NCBI GenBank assembly: GCA_946965045.2
Contig: OX337234.1
Location: forward strand, 992,001 to 1,056,000
DNA from: Epithemia pelagica
Taxonomy: Eukaryota; Protista; Bacillariophyta
Reading direction: 5' to 3'
Length of the DNA stretch: 64,000 bases
The notes under the pieces are model-generated. The model saw only the letters and a list, made by a program, of their open reading frames with translations. It was not told where the DNA came from and did not search any database. Below, one piece after another: positions 1 to 12,764 of the stretch. Position 1 is the stretch's first letter, and each line of letters opens with the position of its first letter. The translations under genes were made by a program, and so were the position numbers.

Positions 1-2725
1 ACGTCCTTTGCGTTTTGGGAATCCAATCCAGTCGGTTGTTTTTCGCGTTCATCAAACCCACTTGGAACAAGATGGTTAGTATCTTGATTCCGACACGCAT
101 TTCCATGTGAAGAATGCATGGAATGGACTCCATGACCATCACAATGCCAGGAGTCACCGACGCAGCACCAAACTTGTCAACGCAGTCCTTGGCATCGAGA
201 TAGGACCATTCTCGAGAGAGCTGATGCTTGAGTCTGTCCTGTTGTTCCTGCATTGTTCCGGACAGATCCATATGGCGTATTGTAAGGTCGTCCGACAAAT
301 GTTGAGAGTACATTCGACGACGTTCGATTGTGGCCGCGGCTATGTCGAAATGAATCGATGTCAATGCAGTCTTCTCGATTGGAGTGGCACTGAGTCTCGG
401 GTCTTCGGTCTGATCAACTTTGATCTTGGACTTTTTCCACAAGGATTCAAGTTTCTTAGAGATCGTTGGCATCTCTTTCTTGAATTGTTTCACCTCCACC
501 TCGAGTGTACCGATGAATTCCTCGGTACACATAGAGGAATGGTAGCAGTTCCAGTCCCCTAATTCGGTGTAGCCAAGCTCAATACACCATTTGCACTGCT
601 CCATGGCGGCGTTTGGAGAGGCGAGATGTGCACTGGTGATGTTGCATTTACTACATGGGTACGTAACGTTCTTGGCGGCACCTCCCTTGTCAGACAGTTT
701 CCAATCGGAACACATGTCTGAATCGAAGGGAGTGCTTATCTTCTCGACCCCGTATTCTGACGGAAGTACTGTATCGCCTGCTTCCTTGTTTTCCTTATGC
801 ATCATAGCGAAAATGCCACGAGTCGTAGCCTTGGTTTCCTTGCAAAGTATGCAAACCTGAGGGTAAACAGCCATTAAAGACTGTTTAAGAGGGTTGCTTT
901 CATTGTTGAATTTGAAGCCGCCAAGGGTGTGAGTCAAATTGTTACTTAATCTCGCGGCGTCCATCGACATCGACACCGTTCGGTTGGATTCTTGGGCCTC
1001 GTTCGCGATCATGTCTTGGGTCTCGAGTACATGGGTCATCATGTCCGCTCCGCGGAAAAAGAAGCCCTCAGAATGGTCTTTCAAGTTGCGGATCATCTTG
1101 AAGGGGATGAATGTGTCAGCATATGCTTCCACATGTGATGCATACGCCTTTAATGCTGCGGCCGAAGGAAGGATGGTGTGTATCCCTTTGGCGCCTTTCG
1201 TCTTGCGTCGTCGTAACACCTCCACTCCAGAGTAACTCAAGCGACCACCAGCCAAGTCCATTTGCCGGAGAATTTCAAACGGGGTGAATACATTGGCGCG
1301 CAAATATTTGCCAACTTACTTCACAATGCAGTCTCTTAACTGGTTGTGATGGACACCATCATAAATGAGCATCAAGGCCAGTTGATTGAAGAATGTTGTA
1401 GCACGATGACTGTCGGTACCATGTCGGCTAACGGCCTCTTCGATGACATCCCTGACATGCAGAACGATTGTGTCCGCGTTCTCTTTTTTTGAACATGTTG
1501 TGGGAACATGCATGAGTTTCTTACTTTCTTGTCGACTGGCGAGAATTCTCTCGAGATATCGGATTCGGTCGTACCGAGACTTGCTGTTCTTCCTTTCCGA
1601 CGCAAGAAGACGTTGGAGGCGGACTTTGTCGTTGTTCGCCTTCTCTAATTTGTCACGGAGAGTGGCAATTTGGTCGGTCATCTCAGCTACTGCGAACATT
1701 TGTGACGGTAAGATGGGAGGAGGAAATGGAACTGGTGCAGCGAAGTTCTCTTGGCCTTCCGTATTCTGCGACGTCGTTACAGGCAAAGGCGGAGGGGGCG
1801 AGCCACAACGGGGGGAAACAGTCTTGGTTAAATCAAAAGGGTCGGTTTGACACCATTGGTCTAGGAATTGTATAACTTCTTCGTCAGATGAATCAGAGGA
1901 AGAATCTTCATCAACGTCAGCTTGTTTTTTGGATTCGGAAGGCGCTTGCTTGTATTGAGTTTCTGTTGCAGGTTTGTTGTCGGACCCGACAGAAGTTTGC
2001 TTGGATTGCGATTCTGTTGCGGATTGGTTTTCAGACTCGGAAGGAACTTGCTTTGGTTTGTTTTCCGACTCAAAAGAACTTTGCTTCGATTGAGTTTCCA
2101 TGGCAGATGATTCACCCTCATTTTGGTACGAGACAACAGGAGGCTCGGTTTTGCGACTCTTTTTACGACGAGTACTCAATCGAAACTTGGGTTTGCGTTT
2201 CTTCTTTGGTACAGGAACTTCGAGAGGAACGTCATCCTTGTCTAGATTGACGGTCGTCGACGGCTCAGTGACGGGTTGGATGGGAGCTGTCTTCATGGCA
2301 GACTGTTTCTTTTTCTTCTTTTCTTTCTCTCTCTCTCTCTCGTCTATCATACGATCCGTAGGGTATAGAGTCGTTCGATGACGGGCTCTGCACTTGTATT
2401 GACCAGAGAAACGGTTGATCTCTCGGTCAGGGTTGGCAAGTTCTTGATTGTCAGCCATCGTACAATTGCCACAGAAGAAGAAACCACCACGAAACCTAGC
2501 AACTCGATCTTGTCCGAACACCGAACAAGGCTTAAACTCTTCCTTCCGAAAATTTCTGCAAATGCGGGCGATTCGTTCGCGTTCATTGAAGCTTTGTTCC
2601 ACCGACACACCTTTCTTGAGACGAGTGGATCGAGTTTGTTGGTTCGGTGAAGGGGGGAGAAGCTGAATTTGCCGGTCTGAACGGCGGATAGGAGGAGGTT
2701 TCTTCTCGTCCATTGGATGAAACAA
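1..2725 (-). pseudogene. Transposase copy with a premature stop
   Basis: Nearly identical to the 1204-aa ORF at 14399-18013, but the CAA codon after DCIVK reads TAA (1316-1318); runs off the window edge. Confidence 0.85.
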
Positions 2726-3271
2726 AAAACAGGCTTGCCAAAGGATCCTTCTGTATATGAAGTCAACTTCAGCAACGGGGGTTGCTGATCTGTGCAGAGA
2801 TGGAGGAGTAATCCATGATCCATTGCTCGATTGGGCAGGTTGGAGTCATCGGATGCTCCTTTCGGAAGAGAGGCCCAAACTTTGAAATGGGTGATTGAAC
2901 GACGAATAACCTGCGACTCAATTGTTATGCTCTATACAATTACGTATAAAAAATGTTTGGTAGGGTGGGCGATCGAGTGAGCCGAGTGTCAGTAGTGCAT
3001 CTCCCTCATATTTTGGTGTCTCAGCCAAGGGCGCTTTTGGGAGCGTAATTGAGCATCGATGAAGGCTATGCGCTACTCGATTACGATTGGCGTTAAGGCG
3101 TCCTAAGTTGGCTCGGATGGTTTTGGTCAAAAATCGGATGCTCGGGGTCTTACATTTAATGAAAAACTCTTCCACTAATTAGGGGTATAGTGAATTTTGG
3201 GTTTCTGAGATGGTGGAGATTGGTCGCTGGCGAGGCTCGCGCGTGCGTTGGGAGTGTAGCTGCTCGTAATG
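1..3271 (-). mobile_element. Partial second copy of the RAG1/Transib-like DNA transposon (its other end lies outside the window)
   Basis: Reverse complement of 1-3271 closely matches 13812 to about 17100; homology stops exactly at the terminus CTCGTAATG (3263-3271). Confidence 0.9.
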
Positions 3272-3458
3272 TTGTTTTCAATAGAGGTGCAACAAGACCG
3301 ATAAGATCCGTCCTTTCTGAAACAGAGGAGCGTCTCTGGATCAATAGAGGTTCGTTGAAGGTTGGAGGCTTGCCTTCACCAGCAAAGAGACGGAGCAGGA
3401 CAAAGAGAGCGAGAGAAAAAGTTGTTTGAGCAAGGGGAACTGGAGAGTGTAGAGCATC

Positions 3459-6400
3459 ATGACCATTACCTTTGCACCTACACCCGCTTCGATGACATCG
3501 ACGGTTCCTCGAGCCAACACGGCCAAATCACGGCGACTCCGCCATTCTCGAGCCAGTGGAGCGGTTGGGGCTGATGATCGATCCTGGTCCTCTTCCTTGG
3601 CTTCATCAAATACGGCCGAATCGAGACGGAGTACTATGTTCACTGGAAGTGATCCAGCCTCGGGAGAATTCACCACCTCTTCTTACCATCACCGGGCTAA
3701 ACATTCGATAAGCAGTCAACACCCTCAGTATTCCAACAAGAGCCAGGGCAGCAGCAGTAGCCGAAATATTTCAGGTTCCTTGACGGCCTTGACACCCAAT
3801 CAACGAAAACGAAATAGTCTATCCGGATTCACAATAAACAAGTTATCTTTTGGAAAATTGGGATTGTATGGAAGAGAAAAGGAAGTCGTCATTTTGGAAA
3901 ATGCCCTGGATCGATTGGTGTTGTCAAGCACTGCAAGTTCGATGGCTGCTCCCAGTGTGCCTGAGACCATGGCCTCTGTGGACGAAGTGGAACGTCAATT
4001 GATTCTAATCGCTGGTCCTAGTGGAACAGGGAAAACCAAATTGGCTCATGCCCTCCGAAAACCAACCATCAAGGCAGAAGGACTGTTTGTCAGTGGCAAG
4101 TTTGACATTCATTGTCGCAACGAACCCTATTCAGGCATTGCCAGTGCCTGTACGGAAATTTGTGGCACCATTCTGGAACTCACCGCACAAGAGTCGCAAT
4201 CGGCATCCCTCCTTTGTCAAACCCTCAAGGACGAACTGGGATCCGAACTCAATCTACTCATTCAAGTCATTCCGGCTCTGGCTGAGGCCTTGAAACTTAA
4301 AACAACCGCACCCGAAAAGGAACCAATGGCATCCGAAGCGGCGCTTCCAAAAGAAGACCAAAGCAAAAGTATCACAAACAATTCACTACCTCCATCTTCG
4401 GCATCGTCCAAAGAAAGCAAATATCAATTCAATTATGCCTTTATGCGCTTTGTACGGATACTCTGCAAGGAATTCTCCCCACTTGTCATGGTGCTGGATG
4501 ATTTACAGTGGGCCGATGCACCATCCTTGGACTTGCTTCAAGTACTTTTGACAGATCGAGGGAATTCCAAACTTTTGGTGGTGGGCATTTATCGCTCCAA
4601 CGAGGTGGACGAAACGCACAAGCTGCATCAAGCCCTGGAGGAACTCCGAAGGAAAAGTCAACAAGAAAAGTACTTTGCATCGCACGAAATTGTCATTGGC
4701 AATTTGGAAGTGGACGCTGTGCACAGAATCCTTCAAAGCTTGCTGCGCAGTGACAATTCCCAAATCATTGGACTGGCGCAAATTTGTCACAAAAAGACAT
4801 TGGGGAATGCATTCTTTGTTCTTCAATTCTTGTCCATGCTACATGAACGACAATTGCTTCAGTTTAATTTTGGAACGCTCAGTTGGACGTGGGACGAGCA
4901 TGAAATTGAATTGTGTACCAAGGCTACGGAAAACGTTGTGGACATTCTGAAAGCCAAAATGACGGATCTTCCGTCGTTCCTCGCGGACATTCTCAAAGCT
5001 GCAGCCTACCTCGGTGCCACCTTTGAACTGCGCACTCTCAAAGTGGTCTGGGAAAATTTGCCCAATGAATCGTCCAAAGCAAAGTCTGTTGCTGAACAAG
5101 CCCAAAACCAAGGCATGGAAAGTGATGCACCAGCGAAGGATGATGACCGTGATCTCATTTTGGAGGAGGGTCTGGAGGAGCTAGAAAACGAGGGTCTTAT
5201 CGAGAGGACCACGAGTTGTTCTGGGTTATCGTCTGATAGCTATGGCTGGACACATGACAGCATCCAGGAAGCAGCCATGGCCCTTGTTTCGGAAGCTGAG
5301 CGCCCCTCGTACGGTCGCCAAATCGGCCTAATTCTTGTCAAGAAGCTCGACCAAACCGAGCTTGATTCTGCGATTTTCGTCGTGGTGAACCTCATGAACG
5401 AAGAGTCCGAGAACATTACAAACCCCGAATGTCGTCTAGCCCTGGCTCGGCTAAACTGTCAGGCATGCCAAAAGGCCATTGCAACGTCCGCGTTCCAAAG
5501 TGCAGCTGAGTACGCAGAAAAGGGTATACACTTGCTGCCAGCAAATGCTTGGACGGATCACTACCAACTTTCACTACAGCTATACTCGACTGGAGCGAAG
5601 GCAGAAAGTTTTGTTGGAAATATCGAAACAGCCGAGAACTATTGCAACCAAGTCTTCTCTCAACAAGACAGACCGCTTGAGGATAAGTTTGATGCCTACA
5701 TCTCGTGGATATGGAACATTATTAACAGAGGGAACCCAGCCAAAGCCGAGGCGATTTTGATTGATATTCTGGGGAAATTCAACTGTCGTTTCCCTCGAAA
5801 TGCAGCCTCCGTTGGATTTGGCCTCATTGGGAATGTTGTCAGAGTCAAAGCAACGTTGAAATCTCGCGATGCATCAGAATTGTCCGTAATGACAGATACA
5901 CAACGAATTCTTCTCATGAAACTCGTAGACTTGCTTGGTGTATGCTGGTATATTCAGGGCGATGCGCGTATGGCTTTGGCCGTCTTTCGGAATTTGAATT
6001 GGACAATGAAGTATGGGTATGCAGAATTCTCGCCCGTGGCATTTGCTAGCACCGGTATAATTCTGACAGGAGTATGTGACGATCTTCAGGGTGGGGCCAG
6101 CTATGGTGAACAAGCACTAATGTTGCTGAATAAGATGAAGACTACAGCAACGACCGCACGAACCATGTTTTGCGTTTATAGCTTCGTGTTCGCATGGACC
6201 AAGCCTACAAGCGAACTGCTTAAACCATTCCTGACGACGTACGACATCGGTCTCCAAACTGGGTACGAGGTTTGACATGCTTTCACCAGACACAGTCTTT
6301 ATCGTCGTTCTCACTTCTTTGTCTCGTTCGTCGTCCGCAGTGATACCGAGAGTGCTGCTGGCTCAGTACTCTTCTGGTTAGTCATGCGCCACCTGGGAGG

Positions 6401-7265
6401 AAGTCCTATTGAAAGTCTAGAGGCAGATGCAAAGTTGTATTCCATTCAAATGCAAGACCTGAAACGAGATATGTCTCTGTACATGGCCAAGTTGATGAGG
6501 CAAGTTTTCCTCAATCTCATGGGAAGGAACAATGTAGATGACCCAACAAACATAATTGGAGAAGCTTTCACCAGCGAAGACTTCCAACATTGTCAAAATC
6601 TACCTCTCCTTCAGGCAGGGTTACGCGCATACAAGGGAATTCTAATGACATACTTTGGACAACACGTAGAGTATGCTGACTTGACACTTAAGTGGGGAGT
6701 CGACCGATTCGCAAAATACCACTGTGCTTCTCCATGCATTATGTGGGAAACGCTGATGAAGGGAGTATCGTTCTTCTCGGCTGCCCGTCAAACGGGGCAA
6801 CGCAAGTACGTCAGAGCTGCGAAAAAGCTCCGAACGAAGATCAAAAAATGGTTGGATATGGGATGCCCAAGTATAGGCCAATATGACTCGCTTTTGGAAG
6901 CTGAAGCGCTTGCACTTGCGGGGAAAAGATTTGCTGCCATTCAACAGTACAAGGTTGCTGTTTTGCTGTCTGCCCGAGGAGGATACCAACAAGACGCAGC
7001 TTTGGCAAGCGAACGATTGGGAGAGTATCATTTGCATGTCATGAACGACCGAGAGGAAGCCCGTTATCGATTTGAGCAAGCAGAAAGTTTTTGGAGAAGT
7101 TGGGGCGCCGAGGCCAAGGCACAAGATTTGATCAATAAGTATCCAGATCTAGCCCCGAAACCAGGTGAGGTTTACACAATAGCCGGAGGAGCAAGTGAGG
7201 CTTTGTCCAGTGAAACCGATTCTGGGAGAAAAAATCCGTCGAGTGGTAGTATGAATTTACCATGA
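3459..7265 (+). CDS. STAND/AAA-type P-loop NTPase with helical repeat-like C-terminus; 2 exons (3459-6262, 6341-7265)
   Basis: Walker A GPSGTGKT, Walker B VMVLDDLQWAD, GNAFF motif. GT-AG intron 6263-6340 joins the 938-aa and 293-aa ORFs in frame (LQTG-DTESA). Confidence 0.85.
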
Positions 7266-7853
7266 TTCCCATGACTTTTATCCAACCTGGTTGAATGGAG
7301 AATCGCATTGCGCTATGCTGTACTCAGCCATGACTTTTGAATACATGAAAAGTCATGGGAATGAAACGGCCTCAAGTATTGGAGAAGATGGAAACACTTC
7401 CTCTTCCTTTTTCTGTCCCCACAGTGATCTGCGCACGCTTCCGTCTACAAAATACGGTTGTGTGAAAACTCCCTTCGATTTCTTCAGATATTCCGCGCAT
7501 TCCTGTATAATCCATACACTTGCCTTTGCACAACGTAGGAGCAGGCAATCAATTTCCACTGAAGAAGAGCGACCCACGTATCACTGAGACAAGAATGAAA
7601 TGCAAGTGAGCGGATGACTTTGCATGGCGTTGTGGTAATCTCCAGTCTGTTGGACATGTGTCATTAATGGGATTGTGGACCCGATGATCATTCAGCCCTG
7701 TATGTATAGATTACGTGATGGAAAAGTGGTGTTGCTGGTCGCTCAAACCGGCTAATCAAAGTTGACATTCCTCTTTGTCCAGCCAAATTTTGAAGCATCA
7801 CGTCAAGTTCTAGACCAAATGTAATTAAGGAACAGATTTTGTTTTCAAAACCC

Positions 7854-9281
7854 TCACAGCCATGACACTACGTCATTGGAGGTAGCCAAGAGAAACCCAT
7901 AGACGGCAGACATGTCCACTTTCATTCCGGTCTGGGACGTATCGTGCTTGGACTTTTCGTAATTGTTCGCTGACGCCTTGACTGTCATGAGATGCTCAAC
8001 ACACAAGGGCCAAGTTGATAAGGTTACTCGTTCGCGACGCTCCAACAATTGAGGCAACTTGCGTAGGTTGAAATTGCGATCCAAAATGACATCAATTTGG
8101 TGATCGGCATAATGAGCATTACGACGGTGAGTCCTTAGGTGACATAGAGATGTGTTTTGGTGTAGGGCGTCCAAAAAAGACGGAAGCAAACTCGCACCAC
8201 CCGATAAACGCACAGAAGAGAGCGTCGTAATGCCGCTCATTTTAGGCAGACTTTCAATGAGAAAGGGAACGGCATTGAAACCATTGACTGATAGATGCTT
8301 CAATGTCGGGTTGGTTTCTAGCACACCAAAGAGATCTCTTGCTAAATCTTTCCGACTTATTCCGCAGCTGCTGACGTCCAAAGATAGAAGTGTATTGTTC
8401 CGTTTTAGAGTTTCAATGAAGTTGACATTGTGTACATTGCTTGCTTGTACCCCGCCAAAGAAAGCGCAACCAGATACATTGAGCACCTGCAGCTTCATAC
8501 AATACTTTAAGATTCGAACCAAGTCAGGCAAGGAGTTTCCTCCAATATGCTTGTTATGAGAGAGGTCGAGTGAGACAATGCTGTGTTTCATTTTCTTGTT
8601 CACTGCCACCAAACTGGAGACCAGCATACCGAACTGAGTACTTGTGCGAATGCATTCTTGTAAACTTAGAGACTGTAGACCACTCGCGTGGTTCTGTAAA
8701 CCAACGACAAGCCCAATGTTCCACGAGTATCGTCGCAGTCGAATATTTCGTATGCTGGTTCTTCGATGTGCAAGCATATTCTGCACACTGAGCGCCGCAA
8801 AATTTCCCGCCTCGACTAACAAGCTCTTGTATTCAAAGTCAACACTTCTCAAGGAGTTAAGCTTCCACAATCGATCCAACAGCCATGTGCTCGACAGACA
8901 CAACTGGTCCGAGTAGATGCATATGGATTCCAATTGTGCAGCATCCATGAAACGAACAAACTGATCTACCGCAATCTCGTTCTCAAAGGAAACATTCAGA
9001 AGATGAATCGCCAGAGTAGGTTGTCGTTCTCGTTCGTCGTATTCGGCACGGAAAAGATTCAATAACATTCCAATTGCCACCTGATTTAATAGAAGAGTGA
9101 ATTTTCGCTCTTTCGGGGAACTTTGGTTAGATCCCATCGTGCTCGGCAAGGGCCTCAGAGTCAGAGTCCTTTCTTTGGGGTCACGAGGAGATGGCAACTC
9201 ATTATTTGTTTCATTGCTTGCTTCATCCAAGAACTGATTCCATAGCGATTGGATTTGAGTAAGTGCGCTGTTGTCGGTCAT
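7854..9281 (-). CDS. RNI-like leucine-rich-repeat protein
   Basis: 475-aa ORF with repeats such as LQSLSLQEC, IVSLDLSHN, LQVLNVSGC, LLSLDVSSC and NPTLKHLSV. Confidence 0.8.
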   Translation of the reverse strand: MTDNSALTQIQSLWNQFLDEASNETNNELPSPRDPKERTLTLRPLPSTMGSNQSSPKERKFTLLLNQVAIGMLLNLFRAEYDERERQPTLAIHLLNVSFENEIAVDQFVRFMDAAQLESICIYSDQLCLSSTWLLDRLWKLNSLRSVDFEYKSLLVEAGNFAALSVQNMLAHRRTSIRNIRLRRYSWNIGLVVGLQNHASGLQSLSLQECIRTSTQFGMLVSSLVAVNKKMKHSIVSLDLSHNKHIGGNSLPDLVRILKYCMKLQVLNVSGCAFFGGVQASNVHNVNFIETLKRNNTLLSLDVSSCGISRKDLARDLFGVLETNPTLKHLSVNGFNAVPFLIESLPKMSGITTLSSVRLSGGASLLPSFLDALHQNTSLCHLRTHRRNAHYADHQIDVILDRNFNLRKLPQLLERRERVTLSTWPLCVEHLMTVKASANNYEKSKHDTSQTGMKVDMSAVYGFLLATSNDVVSWL

Positions 9282-9962
9282 TCGCTAAATATCTGAGTAA
9301 CGGCGTCGGTAGGATCTGATTTCGAGATAGGATAATAGAAGGCGAAGAGATTGTGCCGCTCTCTCATTGTCTCGAGAAAAGTGCGTTGCTGTATTTTGGA
9401 GTCACATAGACTATATGAGGGAGGCTCGCATGGACTATGTCCTCCTCATTCTCTATCCCCTCCTCATTCTCCAAATAGTCCTATTGTAATCCTCTCTAGA
9501 GCGGAGTACTCATCTGCAAGAGGTGTCTATTACTTACTCCAAAGGGAATGGATCTCCTGGCAGGACATAGCACCGAAGGAATAGGTATGAATTCTGTAAA
9601 AACTACACCGAATATGGTGACCGTTATACTATGGTCGCTACATGAATTTACATTTTGGGAATACCGTCCGTTCACAAAAAGATAAAGACGGGTCTGTGTC
9701 GCAAACGAAAAGCAAGAAGAACCATTCTTCCGTTCACTCATGACCCCATACAGCCATTTTGTGCTTCTTCTTCGTTCCATATTCGTATCAGGGGGAAAAG
9801 AGCAGATAACGACGAGAAAGCTTGAATTTCGTGCCCTCGGTAGACGAGCTGTGGTGTACGGTTCCAGGCATCCATCCTATCGTCATGAGTGCCTTTTCTA
9901 GGTAGTCTACACCTCGGCCAGAATCCATGCACCATCACAGCAGGGTCCCTGGCCTTATATGT

Positions 9963-11867
9963 TCAGTACATGAATCCGGAATCTTGTTTCATTTTGGCAA
10001 AGTTGCCTTGGTTTTTGCTCCGTGCAGTGGAATAGGCACCCATGTGTTGCACCAAGGATGGCTGGGTTCGTAGGGCAATCCCACTGGAGGGACCAAGGGA
10101 CTTGATCCAAACGTTGAGTGCCCGGTCAATATTTTCCGTTGTCCGTCCACTTGCCATAGTTTCGTTCAGGTTTTGCTTCAAGAACTGCACCAACCGTGGG
10201 ACAACTGGCATGGGAAAGGCTACACCGACTGTACCAGCCGATCCCTGAAGTCGGTCCAAATGATACCAGGCGTCAACGAAAGAGGAGGACACGGAGCGTT
10301 TGTCATCAAAGCTGCGATAGAGCAATCTGTTTTGGAGCAGAGACTTGAAACCTCCATGCCAGCGCTCCCACCACTGCTGTGTGGTCTGTCGTCCAATCAA
10401 ACGCCACAAGCAATATAGGGTCAACCACCACAACAGGGACATGACGAACCATTGCAGATTGGAATACGAAATGGAACGTCGACGAACCGCCAGACGACGA
10501 CGACGGAACGATATGGACAGGAGGAATCTTGACAACAACAATAACAAGGCAGAGATGGAGAACCGAAACTGTTTTTCTTTTGCGTCTGGGGACAAATTTC
10601 GTCGAGGAAGAGAATTCTTTTGTGATTGTGGTTCCCTGTCTTCCTTGTCCGTCACCCTTCGCCATCGCAACCATCTCAAACCACCCTTTCGTTCCACTTG
10701 ATCGACGACTGGTCGATTTGTCCGAGTGTAATGTGGCAAGGACGTTTCTTCTTCTTCTTCTCCCTCGTCGTCTCTCAATGCTACATTATCAATCTGCGGG
10801 GACCCAATGAAAACAGTCAAGGTCCAAAGAAAGCGGTTGGCAATCAACACGGATACCACACCCAACACCAGGATTTCAATCAGATGCTGCCCGGTGGTTT
10901 CGAATCCATCCCAAAAATCGGACACAAAGAGTTTGACAAAGGCAATCTGATGATACTTGCCGTTGTAGGACGACAAGGACGAGTCTGGACTGGATCGTAG
11001 AGGTTCTTGAACCACCTGACGAAATTTCTGCCAAAAGTGCCTCGTCGGCAAAGCGTCATCTTCCAAGAGAATGCACCATTCGCGAGGAGCCGTTTTGATA
11101 CACCAATCCAAGGCGGTTAAATAATCTTGAAATTCTCGATGTTTCCACATGTTGTAGCTCAAATAGTGAACCAGGTGAGTGGGTGTACTGTTGTTGGTAT
11201 TGTTGTAGGTACTGATTGTTTTGTTTTCGTCAGTACTCAGTACTTGCAACTCTGGCAAGAGTTGTTGCCATCTTTGCAATTCTGGATTCGTCAAAGGAGG
11301 ACGTACCGTATTGAGAACGGCAAAGGTACAATCTCTAGTTTGCATGGTAAAGTGTTCTAGGGAATGATTGGTTGTGTTGCTACCGCCCCGTACTCGTGGC
11401 GTCAAATCAAGATCGAACAGGAGGGATGCCAACACGACATCCAAATATCTTCGTTTGCGTTGCGCTGAAATGACAATCAAGGCATTGGTGGTTCGGTTGG
11501 TTTCGTCGTATCTTACGGACGCTGTGGGTGTGTACTTTGCCTGCTTTGCAATCGTTGTGTTGTTGCTGCTGGACTCTGGAGGATGCATCCTTTCAAGCCA
11601 TTCATCGACATGGTGCTGAGCCTCGGCCAGAATAGAATCATGAAACTGTTTCTTGTAGGCCACGGCTGCCTTGGGATTCCATGTTGCGTAGGGAGCGTGA
11701 CCCTGTGGTTGATAGTGTTCCAAGGCCCCAATGACGCACAAACTCAAGACCGTCATAACAAGGACCAACGCCGTTCCCACTTGACACCAAGACAGCAATG
11801 CTGTTGGTGCTTCAGGATTGTGGGGACGACCGACACCTCTCCACGTGCAAGGCAACAAAGACCTCAT
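9963..11867 (-). CDS. Membrane-anchored GT-A glycosyltransferase, PGAP4/TMEM246-like
   Basis: 634-aa ORF: N-terminal TM anchor, QDYLTALDWC, ILLEDDALP (DxD-like), FVKLF, internal TM segments and terminal PSLVQHMG. Confidence 0.6.
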   Translation of the reverse strand: MRSLLPCTWRGVGRPHNPEAPTALLSWCQVGTALVLVMTVLSLCVIGALEHYQPQGHAPYATWNPKAAVAYKKQFHDSILAEAQHHVDEWLERMHPPESSSNNTTIAKQAKYTPTASVRYDETNRTTNALIVISAQRKRRYLDVVLASLLFDLDLTPRVRGGSNTTNHSLEHFTMQTRDCTFAVLNTVRPPLTNPELQRWQQLLPELQVLSTDENKTISTYNNTNNSTPTHLVHYLSYNMWKHREFQDYLTALDWCIKTAPREWCILLEDDALPTRHFWQKFRQVVQEPLRSSPDSSLSSYNGKYHQIAFVKLFVSDFWDGFETTGQHLIEILVLGVVSVLIANRFLWTLTVFIGSPQIDNVALRDDEGEEEEETSLPHYTRTNRPVVDQVERKGGLRWLRWRRVTDKEDREPQSQKNSLPRRNLSPDAKEKQFRFSISALLLLLSRFLLSISFRRRRLAVRRRSISYSNLQWFVMSLLWWLTLYCLWRLIGRQTTQQWWERWHGGFKSLLQNRLLYRSFDDKRSVSSSFVDAWYHLDRLQGSAGTVGVAFPMPVVPRLVQFLKQNLNETMASGRTTENIDRALNVWIKSLGPSSGIALRTQPSLVQHMGAYSTARSKNQGNFAKMKQDSGFMY

Positions 11868-12764
11868 TGCATTCTATGATTGCGCATGGCCTGGTTAAGT
11901 ATACAGCAGGTGATCAGTTTGTTCCGGCATCGTCCCAAGGAATGACCCACTCCCTTCCAGGACCAAGACCAAAGGCTCGAGCGCACGCAACGTTCGTGTT
12001 TTGCGTCAAACCTATCTCCCCCCACGCGCATGATATGAGCAGCCCGTGATCCTTGTGTCTAATGCTCTCTTTGCGAGGATGAGTAAACGATAGAGGACGT
12101 CAAAGTGTCCAATGCAGCGACAGCGGGGGTTAGGATGGTGTATGAAGCATTGTGCGTGAAGCGTAACTTTCCATCATGATACTACAGACTAGAGATAGTA
12201 GGAACTGGGAAGATAGTTTTAGTCTGTACGATAAATACTTTGATGAAAGGATCGTGTTATAGATGATAGAGCACATAAACTAGCTTATCACGGTTTTGTT
12301 CAATGGATGAAAACATGGTTCGGGAGACAATAAATTTTCTTCTCCACGTATATTGGTACGAGTGCTGTCAGGAGCAAGAGTTCGTACACTTCGTTGCTGC
12401 ATGACAGGAATCGCGTGGCGTGTTCGTCCACATGTACACATTCGGGGCGTTCGGTTCTAGACATGTGGACTACGGTTTTTCTGGGTCTGCCTGACGATTG
12501 CTGCAGTCATTCGTTTCCTATTCCAAAAGTCTCCACAGACATTCCCACGAGCATGAACATGGATATGCTTGCGACAGATCCAGGATCAGGTTCGTGTGCA
12601 TGTCTGTGAGGAATGATGGAGTCAAACACAAGACGGAGAGGCGGTTCGCCACACAAGTCCCATGCACACACATGTGACGAATGGAGGCCTGCAACTGTTG
12701 GGAAGGGAGGATTGACAACCGCAAAAAGGGCGTGTTAGATTCGTCGTTGTATGGCATCCTTTCT

